Both the position numbers and the translations under genes were made by a program. Shown piece after piece: positions 30,796 through 40,665 of a stretch of 64,000 bases of DNA. A model generated the notes under the pieces. That model worked only from the letters and a program-made list of their open reading frames with translations, ran no database searches and had not been told where the DNA came from. The DNA is from a virus, in IMG/VR virus record IMGVR_UViG_3300035670_000067, positions 32,001-96,000 of that record. One strand, given 5' to 3'. How positions within the stretch are numbered: position 1 is the first letter of the stretch; each line of letters opens with the position of its first letter.

Positions 30796-30955
30796 GTACA
30801 AAGTAATTCGTAACCGATTTGTGTATAAACGAAATCGGCTTGAAAATTTGTCATATAATCCGGGAGGAATTGTGTATAAACGAAATCGGCTTGAAAATTT
30901 GTTATATAACTTTGGTATCGTACAAAGTAATTCGTAACCGATTTGTGTATAAACA
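30796..30955. repeat. Interleaved 33-35 bp direct repeats containing three TGTGTATAA (DnaA-box consensus) motifs
   Basis: GTACAAAGTAATTCGTAACCGATTTGTGTATAAAC x2; TTGTGTATAAACGAAATCGGCTTGAAAATTTGT x2. Confidence 0.8.
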
Positions 30956-31046
30956 AATTTAAGCCGAATTTTTGTTATATGTTTGTGGGGGAATATCACA
31001 CGCCGGCCAAAGGCTCCCCCCGCCACAAGGGCGGGGGGGCATCGCA

Positions 31047-31205
31047 TTAGGCCATACGGCCAGCAGCAAATTCGCCGGGGGCGAGGCGAACTTCGACGTT
31101 AGCCCGCGCGTTGATAGCGCGGGCGTAACGGCGGGTTTCGCCGCTCGCAATGCGAGCGGCGAGCCGCGCAGCGCGGCTAGGCTTGCTGGGACGGGGGGTA
31201 CTCAT
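31047..31205 (-). CDS. Small Arg/Ala-rich protein (52 aa, MSTPRPSKPSRAARL...)
   Basis: AACCGAAAG leader shared with neighbours; GC hairpin at about 31013-31040 downstream; not in the ORF track. Confidence 0.5.
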   Translation of the reverse strand: MSTPRPSKPSRAARLAARIASGETRRYARAINARANVEVRLAPGEFAAGRMA

Positions 31206-31248
31206 ACTTTGTCTTTCGGTTGAGGGGTTGTGGGATTATGGGGCGGGG

Positions 31249-31503
31249 TTACATGTCCGCCACTTCGACCGCCATTACGGCAGCCTTGGCGGCGGCGGCG
31301 GCCATATCTTCATTGCCGCCGTCAATGGCATCGGCGGCGGCGGCGAGCAAGGCCGCCGTAGCCCTGAAGGCTTGCCACTGGAAAAGCGTCCCCCGTTCTT
31401 CTAATGTCTTGAAGTAGGCGGCGGCGGCAGCGTAGGCGGCGGCGGCGCCGAATTCGGCGCGCAGTGTTTCATCCAGCATGGCCAGTAACAATTTGCGATA
31501 CAT
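31249..31503 (-). CDS. Ala-rich early protein
   Basis: AACCGAAAGGA RBS before MYRKLL. Confidence 0.55.
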   Translation of the reverse strand: MYRKLLLAMLDETLRAEFGAAAAYAAAAAYFKTLEERGTLFQWQAFRATAALLAAAADAIDGGNEDMAAAAAKAAVMAVEVADM

Positions 31504-31574
31504 GACGATTCCTTTCGGTTTTGGGATTAGGGGGAATGTGGGACCGGGCGGCAATGCCGCCCGGTCCCGTTGCG

Positions 31575-32198
31575 TTACTTAAGGTCCGGGTTCGCCGCCG
31601 CCCATTCGGCGGTGGCTTTGAGCATGGCCACCGCCACGGCGGCGGCATCAATCGCCGCCGTCAGTGGCATTGGACGGACCCGCGCCGCTACTTCCGCCAC
31701 AAGGGTGGCGGCGGCGGTGGCGTCTTCGTTGCGCATGGTACGCAACGCGGCAAGGCCAATGCCTTCCAACCCTTCACGGGTAGCGGCATCGCCTGCGGCG
31801 ATAGCGTACAGGCCCGATACCTTGCCGGACTCACTGTAGGCGCTTGGAGAAGCGCCGGGAGCGGCCTTTCCAGTGGCAGCTCGCGCCGTCCACACTTCTT
31901 GCCATGCATGGCGAGCGAGGCAAGCGCCCTTGAGCGGGGAGCCCTCGACACTCACCGCTACCTTCAAGGCGGCCGCCGGGAAAGCGGCGGCGGCGGCGAA
32001 GTGCAGGAACCCCGCCGCCGCGTTTGCGGGGCGAGCGGCGAGGGTGGCAATTGCCAACACTTTGGCATCAGTGTTGGCGGCGGGCACCGTGGGCGGCACC
32101 GTGGGCGGCACCGTGGGCGGCACCGTGGGCGGCACCGTGGGCGGCACCGTGGGCGGCACCGCCGCCTTGCTTTGCTTGTTTTGCTTCTTACTGTTCAT
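31575..32198 (-). CDS. Ala-rich early protein with (VPPT)6 repeat
   Basis: ACCGAAAGGA RBS; 12-bp tandem repeat at about 32083-32160. Confidence 0.65.
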   Translation of the reverse strand: MNSKKQNKQSKAAVPPTVPPTVPPTVPPTVPPTVPPTVPAANTDAKVLAIATLAARPANAAAGFLHFAAAAAFPAAALKVAVSVEGSPLKGACLARHAWQEVWTARAATGKAAPGASPSAYSESGKVSGLYAIAAGDAATREGLEGIGLAALRTMRNEDATAAATLVAEVAARVRPMPLTAAIDAAAVAVAMLKATAEWAAANPDLK

Positions 32199-32587
32199 GG
32201 TACTGTTCCTTTCGGTATGGCGGCATTCAATCCACCTAACATTACCGCCATATCGCTAGGTGGGGCTAGGCGGCACTTGCAGCCTAGCCTATTGCTTTCC
32301 CGCGCCTTATGGTGGGGGTCCGTGGGTCAGCTGCTATCAAAGAACGCCGGATATTCTGCAATATCCGCCACTAAGATACTGGAATAGTAGGGAAGCGCAA
32401 ATCGCTTTTTGCGAAATAAAATAAATTCTTTTTCGCTTGACAAGTGAGGAATTGCGAATTCGCCAGTAAACAGTAGGGTTTTTGAGCGATTTTGCCCCTT
32501 TTTGGCGGCGAAATTGGCGGCGAAATTCCTGCTTTTTGCCGCTTTTCGGCGGTGCATCTTTTTGGACAAATGGCGGCGGCGGCGAAT

Positions 32588-32698
32588 TGCCGCCACCATT
32601 GCCGCCACCATTGCCGCCACCATTGCCGCCATTTCGTATCGTTGCCGCCACCATTGCCGCCACCATTGCCGCCATTTCGTATCGTTGCCGCCACCATT
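32588..32698. repeat. 12-bp tandem repeat TTGCCGCCACCA
   Basis: Multiple copies interspersed with TTTCGTATCG. Confidence 0.85.
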
Positions 32699-32758
32699 AC
32701 AAGGTGAGAAAAAAGAAATTGTTGCAAGGTGAGAATTGGCATGGCGTATGCAATGCAT

Positions 32759-32909
32759 GAAACATGCCAATTCGGCAACGTAGCAGGAAACATGCCAATT
32801 CGGCAACGTAGCAGGAAACATGCCAATTCGGCAACGTAGCAGGAAACATGCCAATTCGGCAACGTAGCAGGAAACATGCCAATTCGGCAACGTAGCAGGA
32901 AACATGCCA
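32759..32909. repeat. 28-bp perfect tandem repeat, 5 copies plus a partial
   Basis: GAAACATGCCAATTCGGCAACGTAGCAG; no spacers. Confidence 0.95.
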
Positions 32910-33377
32910 TGTTTACGTATAATCGCAAATCGCAATTTGAAATCGCAAATCGCAATAATTTCGCATTGTAGTTTGTGGCGCAAAGCGCTTTGCTCAATAT
33001 ATATACTTAGGTTCCGCAGTCCGTTATCTGGATCTGATTCACGGTCTTTATTCTGAGATCTAGAATCGTTTTTAGTGCTCGCAACTCTGGATCCCGCTCC
33101 CGGGTCGCCCCATCTACCAGATCCCGATTCAATATATATAGTCCGGGATTCCCGAATCCGGTGGCCCGGCCAGATCGGGATTCCATATTATATATAGAGA
33201 ATCAATATATATAGATTTGGAATTTTCTAAATCCCGGAGCCGCGGACGAGTCTGGAATCAGTATTATATATTGCGGTTTGCAATGCCGCATTGCACATTG
33301 CGATTGTAAATCGTAAATCGCAATGTCACATACAAAAAGAAAAACCGCAATCGGTTTTTGCCGATTGCGGTTTGCGA

Positions 33378-33743
33378 TTAGAATCGCACAATCACCGCCG
33401 CGATTTCGCGCTCCAATTCGCGAACATATGCGCAACGTTGAAACGCCATTGCATCGCACGCATACCCATATGCGCGTTCCGTCAATCCGCGTGTATTGAT
33501 TGCGGATTCGAAATTCGCAACCTCCATCACATTGTGGAGTTTCTCCACAATGAGCATTGCACGATCATACACGAATTGGCGATATGCCAATTCGAATAGC
33601 TTAGGATGCATGTTTTTGTAAACGCGAAATGAGAATTCGCCAGCATCCATTGCATATTGCAATGTATAGCTAGGATGCTCAAATTCACGGCATGGCATTT
33701 CTTTCACGTCACGAAACACAATTCGCCGCTTTTTGCTTCCCAT
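33378..33743 (-). CDS. Early hypothetical protein (cassette)
   Basis: Own promoter, AACCGAAAGGG RBS and terminator. Confidence 0.6.
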   Translation of the reverse strand: MGSKKRRIVFRDVKEMPCREFEHPSYTLQYAMDAGEFSFRVYKNMHPKLFELAYRQFVYDRAMLIVEKLHNVMEVANFESAINTRGLTERAYGYACDAMAFQRCAYVRELEREIAAVIVRF

Positions 33744-34246
33744 TGCTTTGCCCTTTCGGTTATGGCGGTGTGATTGCCGCCTACGCATACCATAGCCACA
33801 CAATAGCGCAGTACAAGCAATTACCATTATTTACTTTGTGCCATATTGCAATGCCAAATGCTGAATCTGTAAACCGCAACTGCTAACAGATCCGGAATCG
33901 GTATTGCGCTGGCTGACTCAGGATCGCGATCCTGAATCCCAAGTAAGATCCCAGATTGGTTTAGCGTTTACTGATTCGCGATCGTAACCCGTCCCATTCG
34001 GCCTGCGCACCAGTCCCCCAGTCCAACGGAGGATCCCGAATCAATATTATAAGTCGGTAAGGATCTGGATTTGGTATTTACTGATCTGGAATTTTCTAGG
34101 TTCCGGAGCCGCAGACGGGTCTGGAATCCATATTATATATTGCGGTTTACAATGCGGCATTGTACATTGCGATTGTAAATCGTGAATCGCAGTGTCGTAT
34201 ATAAAAAGAAAAACCGGAATCGGTTTTTGCCGATTGCGGTTTGTGA

Positions 34247-34564
34247 TTACATTGCTTCCAGTTCAATACAAATCGGCAACCCCTCATCGTGCAACCTAAT
34301 CACGAGACGAAAATCGGTTTTGCACGCATTAAGACTCGGCAACGTAGTGATTTCCCATCCCGGATGGGAAATCAACAATCGCAATTGCAAATTGCGAACC
34401 AATTCCCGCGGTTCCTTGTGGCCGTACTTATTGCAAAACCGCGCCGCGTTTTGCAATACGGTTTCGACTTCCGGCCCGACAACCAGAAGCGAGGTGATAT
34501 GCTCATAACCCATGTAGTTTTCTCCCCACACCTCGATTTCCATACTTCGCTTGTTTCGCTTCAT
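34247..34564 (-). CDS. Early hypothetical protein (cassette)
   Basis: Own promoter, AACCGAAAGGG RBS and terminator. Confidence 0.6.
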   Translation of the reverse strand: MKRNKRSMEIEVWGENYMGYEHITSLLVVGPEVETVLQNAARFCNKYGHKEPRELVRNLQLRLLISHPGWEITTLPSLNACKTDFRLVIRLHDEGLPICIELEAM

Positions 34565-35050
34565 GTTTCGTATCCCTTTCGGTTGTGGCGGCGTTATTGC
34601 CATCTAAGCATACCATAGCCTTGCCGTAGTGTAGCGCAAGCGAATTTGACCATTTACTTTGTAGTAAATCGTAAATTGCAATACGGCATTGTAAATTGCA
34701 ATACGGCATTGTAATCCGTAATCCATAATCCATAATCTCAATACGATCCCGAATCGGTTTTAGACTAACCGATTCCCGATCAATAAGTGCGATCCCGAAT
34801 CGGTTTTAGGCTAACCGATTCATGATCGTATCCGGTCCTATTCGGCCTACTCCCCGGTCTGGTAGAGGATCCGGATTCGGCATTATGGCTCCGGAATTTT
34901 CTAAGCTCCGGAGCCGCAGACGGGTCTGGAATCCATATTATATATTGCGGTTTACAATGCGGCATTGTACATTGCGATTGTAAATCGTGAATCGCAGTGT
35001 CACATACAAAAAGAAAAACCGGAATGGCAACTTGCCATTCCGGTTTTTTA

Positions 35051-35353
35051 TTACCTTACGCAAATCTGATTGTCGTCTAGGTATACGACAATTTCAATAT
35101 CAGATTCTATGTCGCCAACGTATACCGGTTCCGGCGCGTTATGCCGTATTGCGAATTGCAATAGCATAGCGGCAAAACATTGCATATCGTGAACTACTCT
35201 TTCAGATTGCGAAAAACGTGCACGATTGTCAAATGTCCATCGTGCACATTCTTCTTCAATCGCCTCAGCAAATGTTTCGCCGTCAAGTGTCACATTGAAG
35301 ATTAGAATTTGCTCTTGCTCTTCACAAACCCGCACCTTGCAAGCCGTTCCCAT
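35051..35353 (-). CDS. Early hypothetical protein
   Basis: Last of a 3-gene unit; RBS AAGGA. Confidence 0.55.
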   Translation of the reverse strand: MGTACKVRVCEEQEQILIFNVTLDGETFAEAIEEECARWTFDNRARFSQSERVVHDMQCFAAMLLQFAIRHNAPEPVYVGDIESDIEIVVYLDDNQICVR

Positions 35354-35354
35354 G

Positions 35355-35588
35355 TTACGATTCCTTATTTGTGATTTGTGATTCCATAAGCATATTGCAC
35401 ATTTGCATAATAGCTTCCATTGCCGTATTGTAGTATCGGCAGAATTTATCGTGATCTACGTTTCCCGGTAGCCCCAAGGCATCCGGCCCATTAGTGTCAT
35501 TTACGACACTAATAGTTTTATTGCAAGTTACGATACACGATTCGTTGTTGGTATCGTCAATGTAAAATTCGGCTATGGTATTGAACAT
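35355..35588 (-). CDS. Early hypothetical protein
   Basis: Middle of a 3-gene unit. Confidence 0.5.
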   Translation of the reverse strand: MFNTIAEFYIDDTNNESCIVTCNKTISVVNDTNGPDALGLPGNVDHDKFCRYYNTAMEAIMQMCNMLMESQITNKES

Positions 35589-35594
35589 TGCTAT

Positions 35595-35816
35595 TTACTC
35601 TTTGGCTTCGTCAATCATATCACGCATGGCGGCCAATGCGCCAAGCGCGATTGACAATTGCGTACCGAATTCCTCGCGATTCACGCTTGCCGGCAATCCT
35701 GCAATGCGAAATCCGGGACAACAAAACATAACCGTGATTTGCGATTCACGGTCAAACGACACCGTAGCGGTGTCGTCCTCGATTTCGTTGACCTCATACT
35801 TGTGCTGCTCAAACAT
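35595..35816 (-). CDS. Early hypothetical protein
   Basis: Promoter 35844 and AACCGAAAGGG RBS. Confidence 0.55.
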   Translation of the reverse strand: MFEQHKYEVNEIEDDTATVSFDRESQITVMFCCPGFRIAGLPASVNREEFGTQLSIALGALAAMRDMIDEAKE

Positions 35817-36312
35817 AGTGTGCCCCTTTCGGTTAGGTACTATACCATAGCTTCGCCGTAGTGTAGCGCAAGCAATCCCAGCAATGTATTTTGTGGCGTA
35901 TTACAATACCAAATACTGAATCTGTAATCTGTAACCCGCTACCATCTGCTGATCTATAATCGTAACTTAATCTACTGAATCACGATCGCAGTGGGGGATC
36001 GTGATTCAACAGTTACTCTTATGATTCCTGATCGTGAGTCGCACCCGTACCGTCCAAGGCACTCCCCCTGTATTCACACCCTGATCCTCTTTCTATAACT
36101 ATAATCTTAGATCACAACACTAAATGGTGGTTTGCGCTCACTGATCAATTATTGGCTCCCACTCCCTAATCGTTGATCTATATATATACGATCAAGATTC
36201 ACCGTTCAATATCATATATAATGATCTTCTTCCATTCTGGATCGTATTTCTGTATTCGCCATCCGCCTCATGCCCCAAAAAGAAGTGGCGCGGGTACCCG
36301 CGCCACTACCGT

Positions 36313-36633
36313 TTACCGGCAGTTTTGCTGCTCGCAGTAAGCCGTCCCGCGATGCTCCCACTCGCTCGACTTCTGGAACCGCACCTTGCCGTGCGGCTTA
36401 CGGAATCCGCTACCGTTCGCGTGGCACCGGATAGCGGCGATTCGCGGCATGTTGGCCGGGGCGATATCGTGGCCGGTCGCTTCCGTCTGTTCCAGGCACA
36501 CTTCCCGGAGGTCAAACGGCCTGCCATCCACGAACACCAGCTTGGGCTTCCAGCCGGTAATGAATCCGGTGGCTTGCAGTGCCATCAGTGCCCCGGCATC
36601 CTTGTAAACCTTTACGTGCTGACCGAGTTCCAT
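36313..36633 (-). CDS. Early hypothetical protein, paralogue of 55605-55946
   Basis: Shared LGQ.V.V and PAN.PRI..IRC.ANG.GF..PH.K..F.KSS.WEHRG. Confidence 0.7.
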   Translation of the reverse strand: MELGQHVKVYKDAGALMALQATGFITGWKPKLVFVDGRPFDLREVCLEQTEATGHDIAPANMPRIAAIRCHANGSGFRKPHGKVRFQKSSEWEHRGTAYCEQQNCR

Positions 36634-37079
36634 GTGAGTCTCTCCTTTTGGGTTGGTGCGGCGTTTTTGCCGCTACCAGTACAATAGCCCTAGCCAGCAT
36701 TGGAACAAGTGGGTAGAAGTTTTTGTTTTTGTCTTGTTTTCTTGGAGAGTCGCGGCCTCCCCGCCCCGATCCCGATTCATATCTTATTATCTTGATAACT
36801 CCCCTTGCCCCTCCGCCCCGATCCCGATTCATGTAATCTGAATACGATCGTTGGATATCCAAGGAATCTCAATACGAATCTTCAATAGATCGCAATATAT
36901 AGGGATGATCGCGAATCCACGCAATATATGGCGAATCCGCAATATAGATCCGCTCACAATATAAAAGAAAATGGCGGAGGTCACTCGCTGACACAGCGCG
37001 ACCTCCGCCACCAACCGAAAGGAGTCCGAACATGAGCATGGATATGGAGAGGACGTATTAGGCCCTCCCCATATAAGAA

Positions 37080-37289
37080 CTAACAAAACAGAATGGCTAC
37101 CGGCATGTTTTCCGTGAGGTTTGTACCTCCGGTCATGACCACGTTACGCGGCATTGTGATTTCCACGATGACCTTGTGCGTGGCCACCATGTATCCATTC
37201 TGTGAAGGCATCAGCTTGCCTACGAATCTCAGGCTGTTGTGGTCCAGCCGAACGTCCACGGTCTTGTTGATAAATGATAGCAGACTCAT
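37080..37289 (-). CDS. Early hypothetical protein
   Basis: RBS GAGG before MSLLSF. Confidence 0.5.
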   Translation of the reverse strand: MSLLSFINKTVDVRLDHNSLRFVGKLMPSQNGYMVATHKVIVEITMPRNVVMTGGTNLTENMPVAILFC

Positions 37290-37297
37290 GTGAACCT

Positions 37298-37570
37298 CTA
37301 CTTGAAGTTGGCGATCTTGCGCCAGGCATTCGGGCCGAGGCCGTTGATAAGCTCCTGGAACAGCCACAAGCCGTTGACCAGAGCGTAGCAGTGGCCGGTG
37401 TCCGTGAACACCCAGTAGACCTTGTTCTCGAACACCCGGCCAATCTCGTCGTAGAGTCCCTCGTCTTTGGTAAGCCGAACGTCAGCCCGCTTGGCCTTTT
37501 TCAGCGTCAGGCTAACCTGGACCTTTTCTGCAGCCCTGATTGCATCGGCTGCCCACTGTGGGATTTCCAT
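37298..37570 (-). CDS. Early hypothetical protein
   Basis: Promoter 37625, AACCGAAAGGG RBS, MEIPQW start. Confidence 0.6.
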   Translation of the reverse strand: MEIPQWAADAIRAAEKVQVSLTLKKAKRADVRLTKDEGLYDEIGRVFENKVYWVFTDTGHCYALVNGLWLFQELINGLGPNAWRKIANFK

Positions 37571-37921
37571 GTTACTGCCCTTTCGGTTGAGCATAGGCGC
37601 GGCACCATTGCCTTGCCTGCCCTTATTATAGGCCGCCACGCTTATCATGCAAGCGGCCAGATAAACTCTTTATTGTCTGGTTTTTCTGGTAGATCCGGCC
37701 TATTATCTGCCGTTGTGGCCAGTGTACCCTATAAGATTACCCTGTAGGACGCATTTTAGAGCCCTCTAGATGTACCCTGTTTGCTGGCCTAGCCTACCAT
37801 GGGCAACTAGTTTTGTGTGCTCAAAACACGGTCACAACGCATCCGCGGCCGGCGCAGGATCCAGATTCACCGTCCATTTCCTCAACAAATAAAAAGGCCC
37901 GGAGTGAATCCGGGCCGGTTG

Positions 37922-38143
37922 TCAGACGTGCATGACCTGTCGCATATGGCCGTACAATCCGGTCAGGCCACAGTAGACCTCGCTGACGTCGCCGTTTGCC
38001 AGTGCCGTTTTCGCGTATTCCAGGAACGGCTTGCACCCGTCGTCCCTGAGCTGCGTCGCCAGAAGCTCGGCGTTGGCGACGTCCTTCTGGGCCTCCGAAA
38101 TCGTGGGCGGGGTGATGTCAACCTTGTACGTTGCGAATTCCAT
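37922..38143 (-). CDS. Early hypothetical protein
   Basis: AAGGAGG RBS; terminator at 37891-37916. Confidence 0.6.
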   Translation of the reverse strand: MEFATYKVDITPPTISEAQKDVANAELLATQLRDDGCKPFLEYAKTALANGDVSEVYCGLTGLYGHMRQVMHV

Positions 38144-39503
38144 GGTCAGTCCTCCTTGTTGCTGGGGCCGGGCCGCTTGATTCCGGCGGCATCATCGTCC
38201 TTGTCAATCATGCCGGCCCAGATTACGCCGCCGCCCCAGATCAGAGCGCACAGGATTAGCAAGCAGTACCACAGAGAAGACATACAGACCTCCATCGGTT
38301 GTTTGGGTAAGGCGTTTTGCCTTACCTGCCACTACTATAGGTGCGGCCAGTATTGGAACAAGTGGTTTGAATAAATCTGTTTGTCTTTATTATCGGTGTC
38401 CGGACCTCCGTCCCGATCCAGATTCACATTCTAGTATCGTATCCGGAGGCTCCGCTAGGATCGTGAATTGGGGTCCCCGAATGATCCGGATTCAACCATA
38501 CCGAAATAGGATCTTGATATTATAAGACGATTCCCGATCTTACTTCTATGTCGCGCATATATATTCAAGATCGTGAAATATATAACTGATTCTAACTCTC
38601 TAGGATGCATCAGATCTTTGATCTGACAATCCTAGAAAGAAAAAGAAAAAATCTATAAAGCTACATTGTAACTTTGCACCATACTATTATTTCACTATTT
38701 ACAAATCACAATATCACATTTTACATTTTATTTTGCGGCAACTGGCAATACCACTATTTACAATACAGACTCCATATCTAGAAACCAGAACATCTTCCCA
38801 GATCTCTTTTGTATAGCCCCCATTATATATGGCACACATACCCAACATATGGATTCATGATATCCGTATTCTAGAATCATCTTTACTTTGTGCAACTGGC
38901 AATACGGCATTGTAGCAATCGGCAACTGGCATTGCGGCAAACTGCAATCGGCAACGCTACTTTGTGCAACTTTTTCTGTAAAACAGACTCTAGATATCTG
39001 TGAAACCGAAACGGTATCTTTTTATGTAAACACGGGCGGGGCAATATGTTACGTCACAGAAAGAGTCGTTTTCTATGACCAGATCCGGTCAAATTTGTGT
39101 ATAAAAACGGTCTCAGATCTTTCAAAAACATGATCATGAATCCGTATTTGAAGTGGAATTCCTCTCCCATCCTAAATATTTCGGTAAACTTTTCTCACGA
39201 TTCCGGTAATTTTTCTCACGATTTCGGTAACTTTTTACAGATCCCCATCATTTTTTGTAATTTCTTTACAGATCTACAATCCCTTTGAAACTTCTTTACA
39301 ATCCGACAAGATTACCGAAAGATCAGAGGTACTGTTACCCTATACCATACGCTCTCTCATCATATCATATCATCATATAGAAGTAGATATATGAGAGCCT
39401 ATCTCTTTTGCTTTGTTTTTGTTGAGAGCCTCCCACCTCTTCCATATAGATAATCAGCAGAAACTAATTTGATTCTCTGATTTTTATAGGGCGGCCCGCC
39501 ACT

Positions 39504-39701
39504 TCAGGAATCTAACAAAGAACATCCACATGCTGAACAAATCATTTCCTCAATATGATCATCAGAAGCGAATATAGGGTGAATCTCATTTCCTTCTGAA
39601 TCAACATCTTCATCCTCACTGATCTCCCACTTTTGCATAGCGCAATCAACACAATAGATGTCAGCATCTCCGGAATAACCAAGAATAGTCCATGCTTTCA
39701 T
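39504..39701 (-). CDS. Small Cys-containing acidic protein
   Basis: CxxC...CxxC. Confidence 0.5.
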   Translation of the reverse strand: MKAWTILGYSGDADIYCVDCAMQKWEISEDEDVDSEGNEIHPIFASDDHIEEMICSACGCSLLDS

Positions 39702-39854
39702 TAGACATCTTTCTGAATTTCTTGCGCGAGATCGTTGATTGTTACATTAGCTTGATTTGCTATAATGGCGAGCTCCTGCATCGCCGAAATGTACTTATCT
39801 AGCGGCAGTTCAAAGAAACGCACCCGTACAGCATAGAACAGACAAAGGAGTTCT

Positions 39855-40484
39855 TCAGACATAGGATTTCTCAGAACTGTTAATCTGTTCTTCTCCACCG
39901 AAAATGCTTTGACCGCAAACCTGGCTTTCGCCGAAAACATGAACATTCCCAAAGATTCGAGCATATCCGTAGACATGAGCGTTATCGTGGATGTGAGCAT
40001 TTCCAGAAACATTCGCATTTTCAGAGATGCGAGCTTCCTCGTAGACCCAAGCATTACCGAAAATGCGAGCTTCGTTGAAAACCTGAGCGTAGCCCATGAC
40101 GCAAGCCTTATCATTGATAAGAGTTGCATCATAGACACGCGCATAACCGAAGACACGAGCGTGACCGAAGACACGGACATAATCATAAACGCGAGCGTGA
40201 CCAAAGATTGCGGCTTGCTCAGAGATGCAAGCAGCATCTTGGACTATGGCATATTCATAGATGCGAGCGTTTCCGTAGATCTGAGCGTCGTTCATGACCC
40301 GAGCTTCTCCATAGACCTGAGCATTTTCGCGAACCCAGCAGTCGCCGTATTGACTAAGATTCCGTTCCGATTCGATCCACCCGCCGAGATCGCCAGCCTT
40401 GACGTCATCGAAATTATGCAACGCACGGATGCGGCGAAGCTTCGGAAAATCTGGGTGGGTTTCGTGAAGGATTTCGTACTTCAT
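39855..40484 (-). CDS. Hexapeptide-repeat (left-handed beta-helix) protein, copy 1
   Basis: MKYEI...RIRAL..F.DVKAGDLGGWIESE.NLSQ.G.CWV then (xxNAxV)n. Confidence 0.85.
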   Translation of the reverse strand: MKYEILHETHPDFPKLRRIRALHNFDDVKAGDLGGWIESERNLSQYGDCWVRENAQVYGEARVMNDAQIYGNARIYEYAIVQDAACISEQAAIFGHARVYDYVRVFGHARVFGYARVYDATLINDKACVMGYAQVFNEARIFGNAWVYEEARISENANVSGNAHIHDNAHVYGYARIFGNVHVFGESQVCGQSIFGGEEQINSSEKSYV

Positions 40485-40665
40485 TTTTGATTACCTTTCT
40501 GCTGAAGCTCTTGCTGAAGTTCTCGTTTCATATCTCGAAGACGCTGCATACCGTCTTTGTCATCTTCATGAGAAGCGGCGCAAACTCGGTTTTTGGCAAT
40601 CAAGTAAAACCAAGAATCTCCGCCACCAATCATCTTTGTGATTTTGATGTCTTCCATTGATTACC

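Larger units (their letters stand above)
33219..35053. repeat. Three copies of a ~160-bp intergenic repeat ending in a terminator (33219-33380, 34088-34249, 34893-35053)
   Basis: GGAATTTTCTA...CCGGAGCCGC.GACG.GTCTGGAATC...TATTATATATTGCGGTTT...AAAAAGAAAAACCG hairpin, each abutting a TAA stop. Confidence 0.9.

Noticed and set aside
32759-32909. Possible CRISPR array (28-bp repeats)
   Set aside because: Repeats are contiguous with no spacers; no cas genes in the window
32327-32997. Overlapping ORFs in several frames across the tandem repeats
   Set aside because: Open only because the repeats lack stop codons; no RBS or promoter support
37012-37072. Plus-strand AACCGAAAGGAG leader followed by a 9-codon ORF MSMDMERTY
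   Set aside because: No matching promoter and too short to support; could be an inverted cassette remnant
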